Shown piece after piece: positions 34,803-36,581 of a stretch of 36,581 nt of DNA. Location: positions 1 through 36,581 of IMG/VR virus record IMGVR_UViG_3300008339_000210, one strand, 5' to 3'. This DNA comes from a virus (lineage: Duplodnaviria; Caudoviricetes). Below the pieces are notes generated by a model. That model was not told the origin of the DNA, searched no databases, and saw only the letters and a program-made list of their open reading frames with translations. The translations under genes and the position numbers were made by a program. Every line of letters starts with the position of its first letter. Position 1 is the stretch's first letter.

Positions 34803-36413
34803 TTACATCATTGACATCATATCACCAAATCCATCATTATCCTTTTTTTCCTCAGGCTTATCTACAACAACCGCTTCGGTTAATAAAATTAAACTAGCAA
34901 CAGAGGCTGCATTTTCTAAGGCAGTTCTAGTTACCTTAAAGGGGTCTATAATACCTTGTTCCATCATATCCACAATATCTTCTGTAGATAAATCATATCC
35001 TACCCAATATTCTTCATTTCCTAAATTATTAATGATTGAATAAATTTCTTCATTTGAATATCCTGCATTTGTTAGGATCTTTTTAAATGGAGCTAAACAA
35101 GCCTCATACACAATATGTCCACCTGTTGTACTAGTGTTGGCCATAAACCTTGAGCCAAGTAATGCTACACCTCCTCCAGGAACAATACCTTCTTCCAATG
35201 CTGCTTTTGTGGCTTGTAATGCATCATCAACCCTGTCTTTTTTCTCTCTCATTTCGGTTTCAGTAAATCCACCTACATGAACTACAGCAACACCACCAAT
35301 GAATTTGGCCAAACGTTCTTGAAGTTTTTCTTTTTCATATGGAGAGGTTGATTTTTCAATTTGGGTTTGAAGTTCTTCAATACGTTGTTTAATTTTTTCA
35401 GCATCACCCTTACCATCAACAATAGTGGTTTCATCCTTACCTACAGTTACAACCCGAGCTTTACCAAACCAATCCCAACTGAATTTATCGAGTTTCATAC
35501 CTTTTTCAGTACTAAATACTTGACCACCTGTCAAAATAGCAATGTCTTCTAGAATCAGTTTACGACGATCTCCAAAATCAGGGGCTTTAACAGCCACTAC
35601 TTTCAAAATACCTCGTGCTTTATTTACAATCAAAGTAGCCAATGCCTCACCTTCAATATCTTCAGCAATTATAACCAAGGGTTTACTTTGGTTGGATACT
35701 GCCTCTAAAATTGGTAACAATTCTTTTACTTGGGTGAATTTTTTATCAGCAATTAAAATAAATACATCTTGTAAAGATGTAGTCATTGAATTGTTATCTG
35801 TTACAAAATAAGGAGATTTATAACCACGGTCAAATTGCATACCCTCTACTGTTTCAAGGTATGTTTCACCATTTTTAGATTCTTCAATGAATACAACTCC
35901 TTCCCTTCCTACTTTTGACATTGCAGTTGCAATTAATTCTCCTACCTCAGGATCATTGTTTGCTGAAATAGTGGCAATTTGTTTGAGTTGTTCTTCTGAG
36001 GAAATATCACATTTAACATCAGTACGAATATGATCAATTACTTGTTTTACTGCTTGGTCAATTTCTCGTTTAATTGTAACTGCGTTTTCTCCATTGTTAA
36101 GATGTTTTAAACCTAATTTAACCATTTGTTGAGCCAACAAAGTGGATGTTGTAGTACCATCTCCTGCATTGTCTGCTGTTTTAATGGCGGCTTGTTTTAC
36201 AAGTTGTACACCTAGTTCCTCAATAGGATCTTCCAATGTAATTGATTTTGCTACAGAAACTCCATCTTTTGTCGAATGAACAGAACCATTGCTTGATATT
36301 ACAACGTTTCTACCATTAGGACCTAGGGTTGCTGTAACAGCGTTTGCTAATTTGTCAATACCTTTGACTAGTTTTTTTCGTGCTTCTGGACCAAATTCTA
36401 TAATTTTATTCAT
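34803..36413 (-). CDS. groL: chaperonin GroEL
   Basis: [38 protein letters not shown]. Confidence 0.97.
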   Translation of the reverse strand: MNKIIEFGPEARKKLVKGIDKLANAVTATLGPNGRNVVISSNGSVHSTKDGVSVAKSITLEDPIEELGVQLVKQAAIKTADNAGDGTTTSTLLAQQMVKLGLKHLNNGENAVTIKREIDQAVKQVIDHIRTDVKCDISSEEQLKQIATISANNDPEVGELIATAMSKVGREGVVFIEESKNGETYLETVEGMQFDRGYKSPYFVTDNNSMTTSLQDVFILIADKKFTQVKELLPILEAVSNQSKPLVIIAEDIEGEALATLIVNKARGILKVVAVKAPDFGDRRKLILEDIAILTGGQVFSTEKGMKLDKFSWDWFGKARVVTVGKDETTIVDGKGDAEKIKQRIEELQTQIEKSTSPYEKEKLQERLAKFIGGVAVVHVGGFTETEMREKKDRVDDALQATKAALEEGIVPGGGVALLGSRFMANTSTTGGHIVYEACLAPFKKILTNAGYSNEEIYSIINNLGNEEYWVGYDLSTEDIVDMMEQGIIDPFKVTRTALENAASVASLILLTEAVVVDKPEEKKDNDGFGDMMSMM

Positions 36414-36418
36414 AATAT

Positions 36419-36581
36419 TTAATTGTTTATAACTTTAGACAATACTTGATTCTCAGGACCTAACCAATATTCTTGACCTTCCAATTCCAATTTACTAAAA
36501 CCCATGGTTGGTAATACAACAATATCTCCTGGTTTAAGTACAGTTTCAATTAGTGTTCCTGTTGCTGAATAGTAACCAGGA
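36419..36581 (-). CDS. groS: co-chaperonin GroES (C-terminal part; 5' end off window)
   Basis: PGYYSATG...LKPGDIVVLP...EGQEYWL..ENQVL, directly upstream of groEL. Confidence 0.85.
   Translation of the reverse strand, partial: PGYYSATGTLIETVLKPGDIVVLPTMGFSKLELEGQEYWLGPENQVLSKVINN

Noticed and set aside
727-35811. Plus-strand ORFs in the ORF track
   Set aside because: All are short shadows antisense to well-supported minus-strand genes
1-36581. Alternative genetic code (stop-codon reassignment)
   Set aside because: Known genes are intact in code 11, TAA, TGA and TAG all end genes, and coding density is high

Overview
A very AT-rich, densely packed segment in which essentially all real genes lie on the minus strand. 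It is most consistent with a large (jumbo, T4-like) phage infecting Bacteroidota. About ten promoters fit the Bacteroidota -33/-7 pattern (TTTG-N20-TATATTTA), and leaders are A-rich without Shine-Dalgarno motifs. Reading in the direction of transcription (right to left): groES (partial), groEL, clamp-loader subunits, a MazG-like protein and a PD-(D/E)XK nuclease; a ~9.7 kb glycan cluster (2 GT4, GT2-like enzymes, 2 SAM methyltransferases, GDP-mannose 3,5-epimerase, a STELLO/RGP-like protein); then a long accessory region (TraR-like Zn finger, degenerate HNH, SLT transglycosylase, tRNA-Ile2/Met(CAU), SGNH hydrolase, GNAT, pentapeptide repeat, AhpC, CCA-adding enzyme, thymidylate synthase and many small ORFs). 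The most unusual part is the thyA neighbourhood. (1) ThyA carries a ~270-aa in-frame HNH homing endonuclease with no intein or intron signatures. (2) Upstream are 2.5 copies of a mini-gene built only from ThyA's two non-catalytic insert segments. (3) Neighbouring small ORFs start with copies of the ThyA N-terminus, one resembles the C-terminus of a T4-type major capsid protein, and gene junctions are bounded by exact 17-31 nt direct repeats, as in a cassette array. All assignments come from motif recognition by eye; no searches were run.
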